This document shows positions 1 through 10,039 of a stretch of 64,000 nucleotides of DNA, piece by piece. Source of the stretch: Epithemia pelagica (Eukaryota > Protista > Bacillariophyta); assembly GCA_946965045.2 (NCBI GenBank), contig OX337232.1, forward strand, positions 1,054,001-1,118,000, read 5' to 3'. The notes beneath the pieces are model-generated. The model had not been told where the DNA came from and did no database searches. It saw only the letters and a program-made list of their open reading frames with translations. Both the position numbers and the translations under genes were made by a program. Numbering within the stretch: position 1 is the first letter of the stretch; every line of letters starts with the position of its first letter.

Positions 1-2
1 GT

Positions 3-365
3 CATGTCGCTGCCCTCAATCACTTGTACCAGCAACAAGAACAAGACAAGGGGTCCTGCCAAGCGGTCAATTTGGGCACCGGACAGGGCGTTTCCGTCTT
101 GGAATTGGTGCAAGGCATGAGCGAAGCGACGGGACGGCCCGTGCCATATGAGATGGCACCTCGACGCCCGGGCGATGTCGCAACCGTATACGCCGATGCT
201 AGTTTGGCGGAATCCTTGTTGCATTGGAAGGCAACCCTAGGAGTTCAAGCCATGTGCGACGATACCTGGAATTGGCAAAAGAACAATCCACTCGGATATC
301 AAGAACAAGAGACTGAAGCAATCACGTCTCCACCGGTAGCCACTGTCACTTCGACGACCGAGTAG
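3..365 (+). CDS. GALE: UDP-glucose 4-epimerase, C-terminal part (5' end outside the window)
   Basis: Frame open from base 3: HVAALNHL...AVNLGTGQGVSVLELV...RRPGDVATVYAD...MCDDTWNWQKNNPLGY, a typical GalE C-terminus; stop TAG at 363-365. Confidence 0.9.
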   Translation, partial: HVAALNHLYQQQEQDKGSCQAVNLGTGQGVSVLELVQGMSEATGRPVPYEMAPRRPGDVATVYADASLAESLLHWKATLGVQAMCDDTWNWQKNNPLGYQEQETEAITSPPVATVTSTTE

Positions 366-1034
366 GAGCAAGAATTTTGTGACAAACCAGATACGCTAAT
401 ACAGGGTAAACTAACGCGCTAACCAATGATGCCAAATGAGCAAGAGCACTAGCTGTAGGATAGATATGAATCAATGGGTGTTTCGTTCTTTTGGTTGTTA
501 GAAGAGAGTGAATTAGAGGAATGTGTTTCACTTGAAGTACTACTACCGAATGATATGTTGCCTAAACCAAGTAGTGGTATTTTGAGAGGTCATTTGGGAC
601 TACTTATTTTCGGGGATGGAACATTACCTTTTGTTGGCTTCCCTCAATGCGTTGGAGATGCATGGAAAATCACCTACGAAACTTGGGAACCAATCCGACT
701 TATCCTAGGAGCTTGGATTCTAATCGCCGTTGTCGTCGTGGTGGAATTTGTTGCGCACGAGACACCGGGGCGTCTATGGCACGCAAGTTCCTCTTTGTGG
801 TTATGTTATAATTTTCTATACTATATTTGATGACTCTTTCGGTAGGAACTAGGAACGTGCGTTCGAGACATGTTCCAAGAAAGTAATAGAGGAATCGTCT
901 CATATGCCACAAACATGGATGTTTGTCGACAGAGTCCTATTCGGTCCATCACGTTCCAGGCGTATGGGCATATGGATGAATCAAGGAGTTTCTGGTTTGG
1001 AAGGACTCCAGGGCAAAGGAATCTTTCAACAAAA

Positions 1035-2695
1035 CTACCGATGCTCAGAGAGCCACTTGGTAATGTAGTCTTGCCATGTCATTTGTGGGCTTATCACCCA
1101 AATGTTCGTGGAATTCCACATTGCCTGAAGTCGCAATGAAGGGACTTTGACCGCCTCTGTAAATTGAAGATCGATGTCAAGGGAACCTTGCAGAAAGTCA
1201 TCTTTCGTCAGGGACGCATACGAAGCTGCCAACATGTCGTCTTTTGACGGACACACAATATAGATATCGACAATTTGGTCATCTGCGATGTTCATATGAC
1301 AGATTCGCAGATCGTACAGCGCCAGAATTGTAAGGGGGTGACGACTCTGCCATGTGCATAGGAAAGACACAATGGGACCATTCCCTGTGAATGAGTACAC
1401 AAAATCAACTACAGGAAATCTTGTTTTTGTTGGTGCAATAGTCAAACCGGGTTGGTTGAAATTTGCAGCGAGGGTGTAAGTGCGTTGGATGGTCCTCTTG
1501 CTCGTTGCGAATGAGACCCAGTGAGCTGTTCCAACCTGACATGACTTCCAATCGTAAGCACGTCCTTGCGATGGCAATTCCATTGCGACATCTTCAAGCA
1601 TTTTCCCCGATATGTCCAGTATTTCATCATCAAGTCGCTTCAGGACGGCTTGCATTTTCTCTTTCAATGGCTTCGTTTGCAGTCTGCTCGCCACTTCTAG
1701 TTCTACTTGTAGACTTGTGTACTCCAAATTCTTGGTCGAGAAGCGGTTCTCCTCAATCAACCTGTTGTCATAACAGATAAGGTATCCACTCATCGTGTTT
1801 TTTTCAGTTTTTCGGTCGACATTGAGCGCAATTGAGGTCAAAACCTCAAGAGAAATTCCCTCCAAACGGGCAGTCAGCTGTTCGTGCGCATCGGTCTGCT
1901 CTCCCAACACGTGGCGAAGGATACCACCAAATTTGTTATATCGCCTCTGAAATTCGACAAGATCAATTGAAATGCCAGAATTACAAACAACAGCCCACAT
2001 CTCCCCAAATGACCATGGCCAAAAATAGGCAAAAGTGCAGAATCTCTTCCGGTACTCTCTAATTCTATCCTCAAACGGAGAAAGAGTTGTAAGACTTGGT
2101 ATGCCGACTTCAAGTGGGGACATGGTTGAGTCTCCTCCGGGCTCAAAGAAGTAGAGAGTCTTCTTCATTTTTCTCGAAATAGCTTCAATGACCTTGGTTG
2201 CTACCATCCAGTTGTACACTTTTGCCTCTACCAGATCGAAGACTTCAACGTTTGACTTTACTTGTCGAATGACAATGTCATATTTCCGTTCCACATCATC
2301 CAGCAGTTGCTTCAAAGCATAGACCTGGAACCAGCTTTTTCCAGTGCCAGCATTTCCCTGCAAAATGACACGGAATTTCTTTTCGCTCCATTTGCACGCG
2401 ACATGTTCGTAAAGTCCACGATATCCGCTACGCGCAAAGAAGACCTCTGATTCACAAGCAAGATCCAAGAAAAAGGACTGTCTGTCATGGAGACATCATA
2501 GCGATAAACTTGTGACTCTGCCGTTCCTACATTTTCACTGGCATCCACGCGATACGGCTGCGCGTTCCGGAGACTCCGCAACTGCTCCGTGTGTACTTCC
2601 AGCAGTTCAAATGATCCTCGAATCCTCGCGCGGCCTGCAAGATTCTGAATCTTTTGTCTAATGCTATCAGTTGACGCTTCATGAGCGTCTTCCAT
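1035..2695 (-). CDS. Crinkler/RHS-type P-loop NTPase plus C-terminal restriction-endonuclease-like domain
   Basis: FARSGYRGLY, Walker A GNAGTGKS followed by WFQVYALKQLL, FGGILRHV, and C-terminal PTKTRFPVVDF..SFLCTWQSRHP. The 5' part (ORF from 2695) joins in frame through a putative 53-nt GT-AG intron at 2478-2530, giving 535 aa; otherwise the gene is frameshifted. Confidence 0.7.
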
Positions 2696-2946
2696 GGAAT
2701 GATCATCGTCGTCAGTAATCGTTTTCGTTTGGTTTTCAGATAATACGGGACCGGTTGGCGCTCAAATTAGGTGGAGGCGGTCTCTCCGTGGTCCGCGTAG
2801 TCTGCAGTGCGTGCCGGGATTACAGTAAAACCTGAACCGAGTATCACCATGAATGATCCCTTTCTTACGAGGAAAGGAAGAAGCAACCACTCAGGCCAAT
2901 AGTAGCCCACCATAGTGGTAAGACCAACCGCGGTACCATATGAACC

Positions 2947-4416
2947 ATGGACGACACCAAAGTGGACCCGCTTGCAGAAGTTCCTGATTTCATCCGCGGA
3001 AGGTCAATGAGCCGTAGAAACAACATGTTATATCAATCGTACATTCAGGATGTCCAAGCTGGAAAAGAGCATGCCATTGACTATCTCAAGGAATTCCTCG
3101 TGGAACAAGGTGCCTATTTCTACTCCATCGACGAAGTGTTGTCGGAGGATCACCTTGATAAATTGAAACTTTATGATATCACGAAGCGGGAAGATGGATC
3201 CGTACAAACCGATTTGGCTGACGCCTTTCGCCGCGTTGATCAGGTGCCAAATTACAATGCCCAGGGGCAAGTGCAAGAGTTTCAAGTGACGCGCCGTGGC
3301 GTACTGGATGGCTTGCAGACCGCGCCGTCGAACTGTTCCAGTGATGGATCCAACACGAAGAAAACAATTTGGAATGTAGACATTTTTGGCCGCCCATTTG
3401 AGGAGGTAATATCAAGTGAGGTTGCACATTTGCTGCCGGATGCGGCTGCCGAGTCGGTAGAGTGGTACGACGTCGCCTGTTGGGCCATGGGATACGACCC
3501 ACGGGTCGCTCGGTGGGAAGATATATTTCGTCTACTACATGGAACCAAACCAGGACAGAAGCGAACGTTTGGTTCAGGAATTTGTCAGTTTGTAGCAAAC
3601 AAGGCTCGGATCAACCAGCAAGAGAGGCTGATCGAAAAGAATGACCCTCAGCTATTGTTGCTTCCGATTATGTCTCGACAGCAATGTCTGGACTGGAATG
3701 GTGATGACTACGATGTCATTGTGTTAGTCGGTACGGACGAGGATAAAGGTGGCTATAAATGGGTGGTGAAAGAAGTGGGCATGACCCACATCGCATACTC
3801 TCGTATGGGAGATGCTTCCAAGGATGAGTTTTTAAAAGCGATGAGTCTTCTACGAGAATGCACAATTGCCATGGTTCAAGCCTTGGTCAATTTTGAACCA
3901 CCACCTGTCGAAGAATATGCGACAGAAGAACAGAAGAAGAAAATGCGGGATGCTGTCCAAGCACGAAAGGATCGGCAAACCGATTTTCTCTCCCTTGTCG
4001 GACAAAGTTACGTTACCGTCCCCAACGTTGAGAACAAAATGTTCTCAGTTGATAATAATCCTTTTCGTGGGATATGCAAAGTGTCCTTCAGCAACGACAA
4101 AGACAAAAATCTTCACCCTGCTCCAGATCCGTTGTTGCTGGTGTCTCGAGCTTCTGTTGTGTGGTCTGTCAGGCAAAAGTTTCGACTCCGGGCATCTACC
4201 ATTGGTGCAGATGATTCATACTCTGAATGGGAGGAAGATTTGAGGCAGATGGAACTTCTTCACCAGGCTCATCGTGACCAAAGTTTGCGGGCTATCTTTT
4301 CGGAGACTGCCCTATCCGTGAAAAAGCATGACATGGAAGAGGACAACAGCACCAACGACGGTATGTCTGATCTGTCCACAGAAATGGACTCCTCAACTGG
4401 CGCAATGTCCAGTTAG
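2947..4416 (+). CDS. HNH-endonuclease-like protein (CR-HNH type), 489 aa, intronless
   Basis: DIFGRPFE..EVAHLLP (AHxxP core), NKARI...PQLLLLP, and C-terminal LHPAPDPLLL..RASVVWS; family assignment is from motif recall. Confidence 0.55.
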   Translation: MDDTKVDPLAEVPDFIRGRSMSRRNNMLYQSYIQDVQAGKEHAIDYLKEFLVEQGAYFYSIDEVLSEDHLDKLKLYDITKREDGSVQTDLADAFRRVDQVPNYNAQGQVQEFQVTRRGVLDGLQTAPSNCSSDGSNTKKTIWNVDIFGRPFEEVISSEVAHLLPDAAAESVEWYDVACWAMGYDPRVARWEDIFRLLHGTKPGQKRTFGSGICQFVANKARINQQERLIEKNDPQLLLLPIMSRQQCLDWNGDDYDVIVLVGTDEDKGGYKWVVKEVGMTHIAYSRMGDASKDEFLKAMSLLRECTIAMVQALVNFEPPPVEEYATEEQKKKMRDAVQARKDRQTDFLSLVGQSYVTVPNVENKMFSVDNNPFRGICKVSFSNDKDKNLHPAPDPLLLVSRASVVWSVRQKFRLRASTIGADDSYSEWEEDLRQMELLHQAHRDQSLRAIFSETALSVKKHDMEEDNSTNDGMSDLSTEMDSSTGAMSS

Positions 4417-4767
4417 ATTGTAAATTTTTCATTGAGCTCTGCATTGCATTTAGGCAGTGATGGTTATGCCCCAGTATTTTAAGATGTCTTTGTGCAACTG
4501 ACGATGGCATCGAATACCTTCGTTCCGGGATGTTATGGGTTTTTGGCCTTTCTTCACTTCCTTTTTTTCGTCCTTGGGCCAGCCGTAACATTGTCGTTTT
4601 CAACCAACGCAACACTGTAAGGACAGTTTGCAAGTTGCTTCTTCTGCTTGTGGTTGTGTTTCTCCTGGATGGACTCAATTGAATGCGCCTTGTTGGACCA
4701 CCTCTCGCGTGAAACGGGGCATGGAATCTATGACCATGAGAGATTGGTGTATTGATTCATTCCTTCG

Positions 4768-6385
4768 TCAATCCAGTCCTAGTTTGTCAACTACTTCCTG
4801 AATGCAGTGATATCCACAGCCGGAATCGATCCACAAACAATCCTTGTGTTTGTGATTCGGGTGTCCGTCTCTTGTACACGGGAAAACGTTCCGGTGTCCA
4901 CACTCCCGTTGAACAACGGTTTGGACTGCCCGAAACTGTTGCAATCGTTGACCAAACGCTTGGGTTCCCAGTCGAGCAATTGTGGCATCCAGGGAGGCAT
5001 TGGCAAGTTGGTACAAGACTCGATCCCAATATATAGCACGTTGCCAGCTGGGACTGTGCAAAAAGGCTTGCATGTCTGGAGTCAAGACCGGAGATGGTAC
5101 AAAACGACACATGTCATCGTAACTCCCATGTCCCTTGACAATCGGCAGATGCAAGATATCAGCCAAGGTCCCATTCACCAACATGTTAAAGGCCACTGCT
5201 GTTTCCTCCATGCGTTCCGTAACTCCAATAAAGTCGTATTCCTCCCATACAATGGAATGTACAATATCGGCCGCAATGCGATCACTCAAGACGTTGCTAT
5301 TGGATTCCAACCCATGTTGTTGTTGGTTTCGGAGAAGTCTGTCTGTTCTTAGGTGTCGCCTCAAGGCTTGAATGCGGCTGATATTGGTGTGCAATTCGGT
5401 CAAATAATAGTATTCCACGTGCTGCGTCTTGTGAAAATAGGATTGGAAATCGTTCAAGGTGGGTGTCGCATTGTGGATGGAGACGGCAAAGTGAAAAAAT
5501 TCACTTACGGCTCGTGCGGTCGGATCCCGGACAATGGTCCACAAAAAGGACAGATGGTGCTGCTGTTGTTTCCAAGTGGTTCGATAGGGATGGACCTTGG
5601 AGGCTTTTCCATGATCAAAGCGACCCATACAATTGACGTACCGCTTTTGATACAAGGTCTTTTCGGTTAATCCTCGTCGTTGTGCCAACCGATGCGAGAA
5701 TCGGACATGCAACCTGGAATAGATATAGCGTTGTTGTATGCCAAGCATTCCAAAAAAAAAGTTGGCAACGAGTTGGGTATCAGACACAGCGGTTCCGATG
5801 TAAACATGCACGAGTGTTTGCTCCTTTGTGCGCGGTTTTTCTGTTCAACATTGCTACGTACCCAGCCGCCGTACTGCCTCCAACTTTGAGGGGTTTGAGA
5901 AACAAGAGGCCTTGACGTACAGGTTCCAATCGTTCTTTGGGCGGAACCCATGGATAGCAGGGTACAGGGCCACCTCGTTCCGTCTCATTCCATGCCGCAA
6001 AGGTACGAGGAACAAGAGGAAGGAGAAAATCGCTGCTGCTACTGTTGGTTGTTGCATCCCAGGAACGATTGGAGTGAAAGGAACGACTTTTCTTTTGTGG
6101 TGGTTGTCGTAGGAAAGAAGAAACAGTCAACGTCATGTTTTGAGGATGAGGAACCATTTTCAGATTGAGCACTGACACATTGAGGACCATCAAAGCAACC
6201 ATACACACACAAGCTACAATTCCAAACAAGGCATACGGTCGTCTTGAAATGGAAGCGACGCACTTGTCCTTTTGTCTCTTGTTGTTGTTGTTGTTACTTC
6301 TGCTGCTGATCCGATGGTCACTTGGACCATGTCGTTGTCGATGGGATGGGGTCTCGGTCTCCTTCTTTGGGGTGACGACGGCCAT
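4768..6385 (-). CDS. Type II membrane (Golgi) sulfotransferase, 2 exons
   Basis: N-terminal TM segment; 5'-PSB motif FLKPLKVGGSTAAG; 3'-PB motif TIVRDPTARAVSEFFH; YDFIGVTERMEET. Intron 5714-5861 (GTACGT...TTCCAG) joins ORFs 5780..6385 and 4768..5811 in frame. Confidence 0.85.
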
Positions 6386-6769
6386 GATCGAAAAATACCG
6401 GTCATTCTCCCATCATGGTGTCGTCGTTTTTTTTGTGCAGGCGCAGATGATATTCTTCGGGATGACGGACGACGGACTTACGTCCCAGTAAAGCGACCAA
6501 TCCCTTTTGAGTCGCTCAAGAGAGTCAAATGCTTCGCAGATTTTCGAGTGAAAAAGAAAACAAAATTACCCCAAAGCCTCTATCGAATGTGACTGCTGAA
6601 TTCCTCGTATGCGAGATCTTCCCAAGGCTGATCACCTTTGGAGGATAATCCTCTGAAATGAATTGATGATTAGAATAGTATGGACGAGCAAAACCATCAT
6701 AATGCCTCACGACCCTTCATTCGTTGCGTGTAGTATGATTGTCCTGCTGATCCGTACTGGTGGAAAACG

Positions 6770-9082
6770 CTATGTCAATTCAATCGAAACACTGCGTCGA
6801 GCCGATGACTCGTGACCACCCGAGGGACCAATTCCATCGTAGGAGTAGAGGGACCCATCCGCACCCGTTCCAGAAAGTTGACGTCCACGTCTCCAACGAT
6901 TCCTCACGTTCCACACAACCAAGAGAACCAATCCACTTATTACAATAGTCAAGAACAACAACATGGGCAAGGAAAAGTGATACAAAATGGTTTGGTCGTC
7001 AAAATTCACATCATTCTCGTTGGTTTCGGACACTGTTTCCATGGTGCTGGTATCGCCACTTTGCGGCGAAGTCGACGACCATGGATGTGAATCCGTCGGT
7101 TCCATGCTTGGCCATGATTCAACAACGGACGGACCAGGAGTGGGTATTGGTTGTGTCGTTGGAACTGACGTGGGGGGTTGCGAATCATCATGATTGGAAT
7201 TCCAAGAATCATAGTCTTGTGCTCGTTGAAAGCATTGTGTGACAATGTCGCCATACTTTTTGGCCGTATCCTTCACGCGTTCTTGTAAAAAGGCGAGGGG
7301 ATCAGCCGCTGTCACGTGTGTATACACGGCCTTGTCTCCAATGGTAATGGTAACATCATTGGAATCATCATTTTCTTGCTTGCGAGGTCGTGGTATATGA
7401 ATATAGGTGGATGCTAAATGTCCCGACGAGGACGTGGTTTGATCATTGACATTTAACCAATGTTGATGCAAATCACGGGTCCAAAAGAGGGGAGCCAACA
7501 TGCGCAGTTCGAGCAACAAAGTTGAGGATGACGAAACAGGATTATTTTCGGTTGAGGCAGAAGGCGAATCGTCCTTTTGGGGATGCAAGGACAAGTACAG
7601 AGCCGAACCGGGTGGTGTATCGTACCATTGGGGTCTGGTTTGGTACCGATAATCGGGATAGGGAGGAGGCAATTCCCACGACATGTCCCACGCGGTCGCA
7701 ATCGATTGCAACATGGACTCGTCTCCAATCATAATGGTCACGACATGAACGTGATGGTGGCGAGGTTTGTCCTTGTTTTCGTCCAGAAGAGGATTGGTGG
7801 TCGTGGTAGGAGGTGGTTGCTGTAAGGCTTGAAGAATTCGAGATATCAAAACGACTCCGTCAGTCGCGGCTTGGACATTGCCAATGTATGTGACCGTCTT
7901 GAGCCAATAGGACCAAGACAACCAATCCATGAGATGCGACAAGGTCAACTGGGGCAAAAAGTCACTTCTACGTCTCTTGTCATTGGCGTCGTCAGTGGCA
8001 CCAAAGGAAGCCTTGAAGTGTAAGGCCCATTCCGCTACCATGGACAAGATTTGAATGGGACCCTGCACTTGCAGTAGGGTGGGATTCAAGGTTGGTGTCC
8101 ACGCATCCCTGTTACTAGCATTCCCCCCACTAGAACCGCCGCCTTGTTCCGACTGCAAGTAGTGCTCGTTCCACATGTATACCAAGGACTGACAACTCCA
8201 GCTTCCGTAACCCGTTTGATTTTGTAGTTGATCCAAAGCTTGAGGCAAGGTCAAAGAATGCGGCATTTTAATGCTTTGCACTTGGCGCAGTCGAGTAGAG
8301 TAAATGTCTTGTGAAGATGGTGCTTCACACCACAAGACCTTTTTGGATGAGTTGTTCTTGTTGTCGGTAGTAGCAAGTGTTGAGGTCGGATGAAACAAGG
8401 CATGATCAAAGTGGAGGCCATTTTCCTGCTTGCTGAGGTTGCTGGTTTTTGGTGATGTTGTGGTTTGAAAGTGCAGTTGAACAGTGGCTGTATAATCGTT
8501 GGGAAATTCCTCATGCAAGTCTTGTTGTTGTCGAGCCGCCATTTCCATTCCTTGCATCAAGGCTACGGCCGACGAGACATGACGCGAGGCAGTATCCACC
8601 ACAAAATTAACGTAAATGTCGTGATGTTCCTCTTCTTTTGTTTGTTCTTGTTCTTTTTGAGGAGGCAGCAGGTAAGTGGCCAAAATGTGTTGTCCAATGG
8701 CATGGAAATGATTCCAACCCGTTTCGGTACACCACTGACGCGGTGTCTGCCACTCTGGTAACGGAATGGTCATGTAATGGGACAAGTGGGTCGGAAAGTT
8801 GGATCCGTGGAAGGTTGAGACATCGTACAAATTCACCCAATCCTCGTCTTCTCCACTCGTCATGTCTTCGTCAGTGTTTGCCTCGTGGCTGTTATTGTCA
8901 TCCGGAGGCCTTTCACCTCCTGGATGATACAGACAATGTCGAAACGCGAAAACATGATTGTGGCGATGAACCTCTTTCGAAGAAGAGTATGTCGCAGCAA
9001 TCGTTTGTGATGAAACCACAATAGCAGCGAACAACGCCATCTCCGCCATGTTCACTCTCTTTATGGTGCCATGCGATTTCAT
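6770..9082 (-). CDS. Histidine acid phosphatase-like type I membrane protein with degenerate motifs
   Basis: Signal-like N-terminus; FRHC at the RHG position; FVVDTASRHVSSAVALMQGM; IGDESML at the HD position; P/T/S-rich stalk and C-terminal TM helix. An alternative ATG lies at 9106. Confidence 0.6.
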   Translation of the reverse strand: MKSHGTIKRVNMAEMALFAAIVVSSQTIAATYSSSKEVHRHNHVFAFRHCLYHPGGERPPDDNNSHEANTDEDMTSGEDEDWVNLYDVSTFHGSNFPTHLSHYMTIPLPEWQTPRQWCTETGWNHFHAIGQHILATYLLPPQKEQEQTKEEEHHDIYVNFVVDTASRHVSSAVALMQGMEMAARQQQDLHEEFPNDYTATVQLHFQTTTSPKTSNLSKQENGLHFDHALFHPTSTLATTDNKNNSSKKVLWCEAPSSQDIYSTRLRQVQSIKMPHSLTLPQALDQLQNQTGYGSWSCQSLVYMWNEHYLQSEQGGGSSGGNASNRDAWTPTLNPTLLQVQGPIQILSMVAEWALHFKASFGATDDANDKRRRSDFLPQLTLSHLMDWLSWSYWLKTVTYIGNVQAATDGVVLISRILQALQQPPPTTTTNPLLDENKDKPRHHHVHVVTIMIGDESMLQSIATAWDMSWELPPPYPDYRYQTRPQWYDTPPGSALYLSLHPQKDDSPSASTENNPVSSSSTLLLELRMLAPLFWTRDLHQHWLNVNDQTTSSSGHLASTYIHIPRPRKQENDDSNDVTITIGDKAVYTHVTAADPLAFLQERVKDTAKKYGDIVTQCFQRAQDYDSWNSNHDDSQPPTSVPTTQPIPTPGPSVVESWPSMEPTDSHPWSSTSPQSGDTSTMETVSETNENDVNFDDQTILYHFSLPMLLFLTIVISGLVLLVVWNVRNRWRRGRQLSGTGADGSLYSYDGIGPSGGHESSARRSVSIELT

Positions 9083-10039
9083 ATTTGTGCGACCTTCTGT
9101 ATCCATCAATCAGGAAAGTTGTAGTGACATTCTTGGAAGAAGCAACGCTCTCCATAGACTCGTTGTCGTTGTCTTTGGGAACAGAGCGGACTTCCACACG
9201 AATGAATGAGGGCGAATCTTCCAAAGATTTTCGCGACACCTCCCAAAAGATATCATTACGAGCGACTGATAATGACCCATCCGCGGCTTTCAGTCGTGGG
9301 TGGTCGGCAATTGTTCGCATTCGGAAGTCGTGGGTCCGATTGACTGTACCATCTAGTACACTATCATAGCGCAACTTCCGTCCACGCAAACTCGGCCCCG
9401 GATTTAGGTGTGATCGTCCGTTTTGCGAATCTTGAATGGTACAGATATACATACAAGAGTGTTGTGCATGAATGTCAAGCAATGGCCAAACAATGACAAC
9501 TCTAATGTCAAATACAAAAGGATGAGAAGAGGAGGAGCACGATCAGCACAGATGGAGCATCAAAAACTACGATTCAATCGGTCCAATTTGGCACGAATGA
9601 TACTGCCGGATAGTGTTGCTGACAACCTCAATCATTGTGAGCATATTCAATTTGCCACTGCTCTGCAATCAATGAATGAGTACATCCTACATGACCCAAC
9701 TGTATTGCAGGAATGTGGATGTGCCAGACAAACCTCACTGCCTGGGGGGCTGCCTGTCAACACATCACAACATATGGACACATACATGGGGGGTTGGCTT
9801 GCTACGATGCTATACTGCTTTTTCCAAAGAAGGAAACATTCTGTGTCAGCTTGTATGCTTGGGGGGCTTCAAAGTCATGACACATACATGGGGGACCTGG
9901 ATGCCTGCCATTCGGAAGTAACATGAATCGTTCCAAATCATTTCTTCCGGTGGTGGATGGAAACATTGTTGTTCTCACAAAAACAAAAAACAGTGTCGAA
10001 ACCAAAATCCACTCCTCAAGTTTACAACGTTCACCAATC

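Noticed and set aside
366-1034. Short ORFs between GALE and the NTPase gene, and a search for repeats flanking the NTPase/HNH pair
   Set aside because: No domain found and no similarity to the right flank (4417-4767) seen by eye
9740-9910. Diverged repeat with G-runs (cacatacatggggg twice)
   Set aside because: Only about two weak copies; no function or element can be supported
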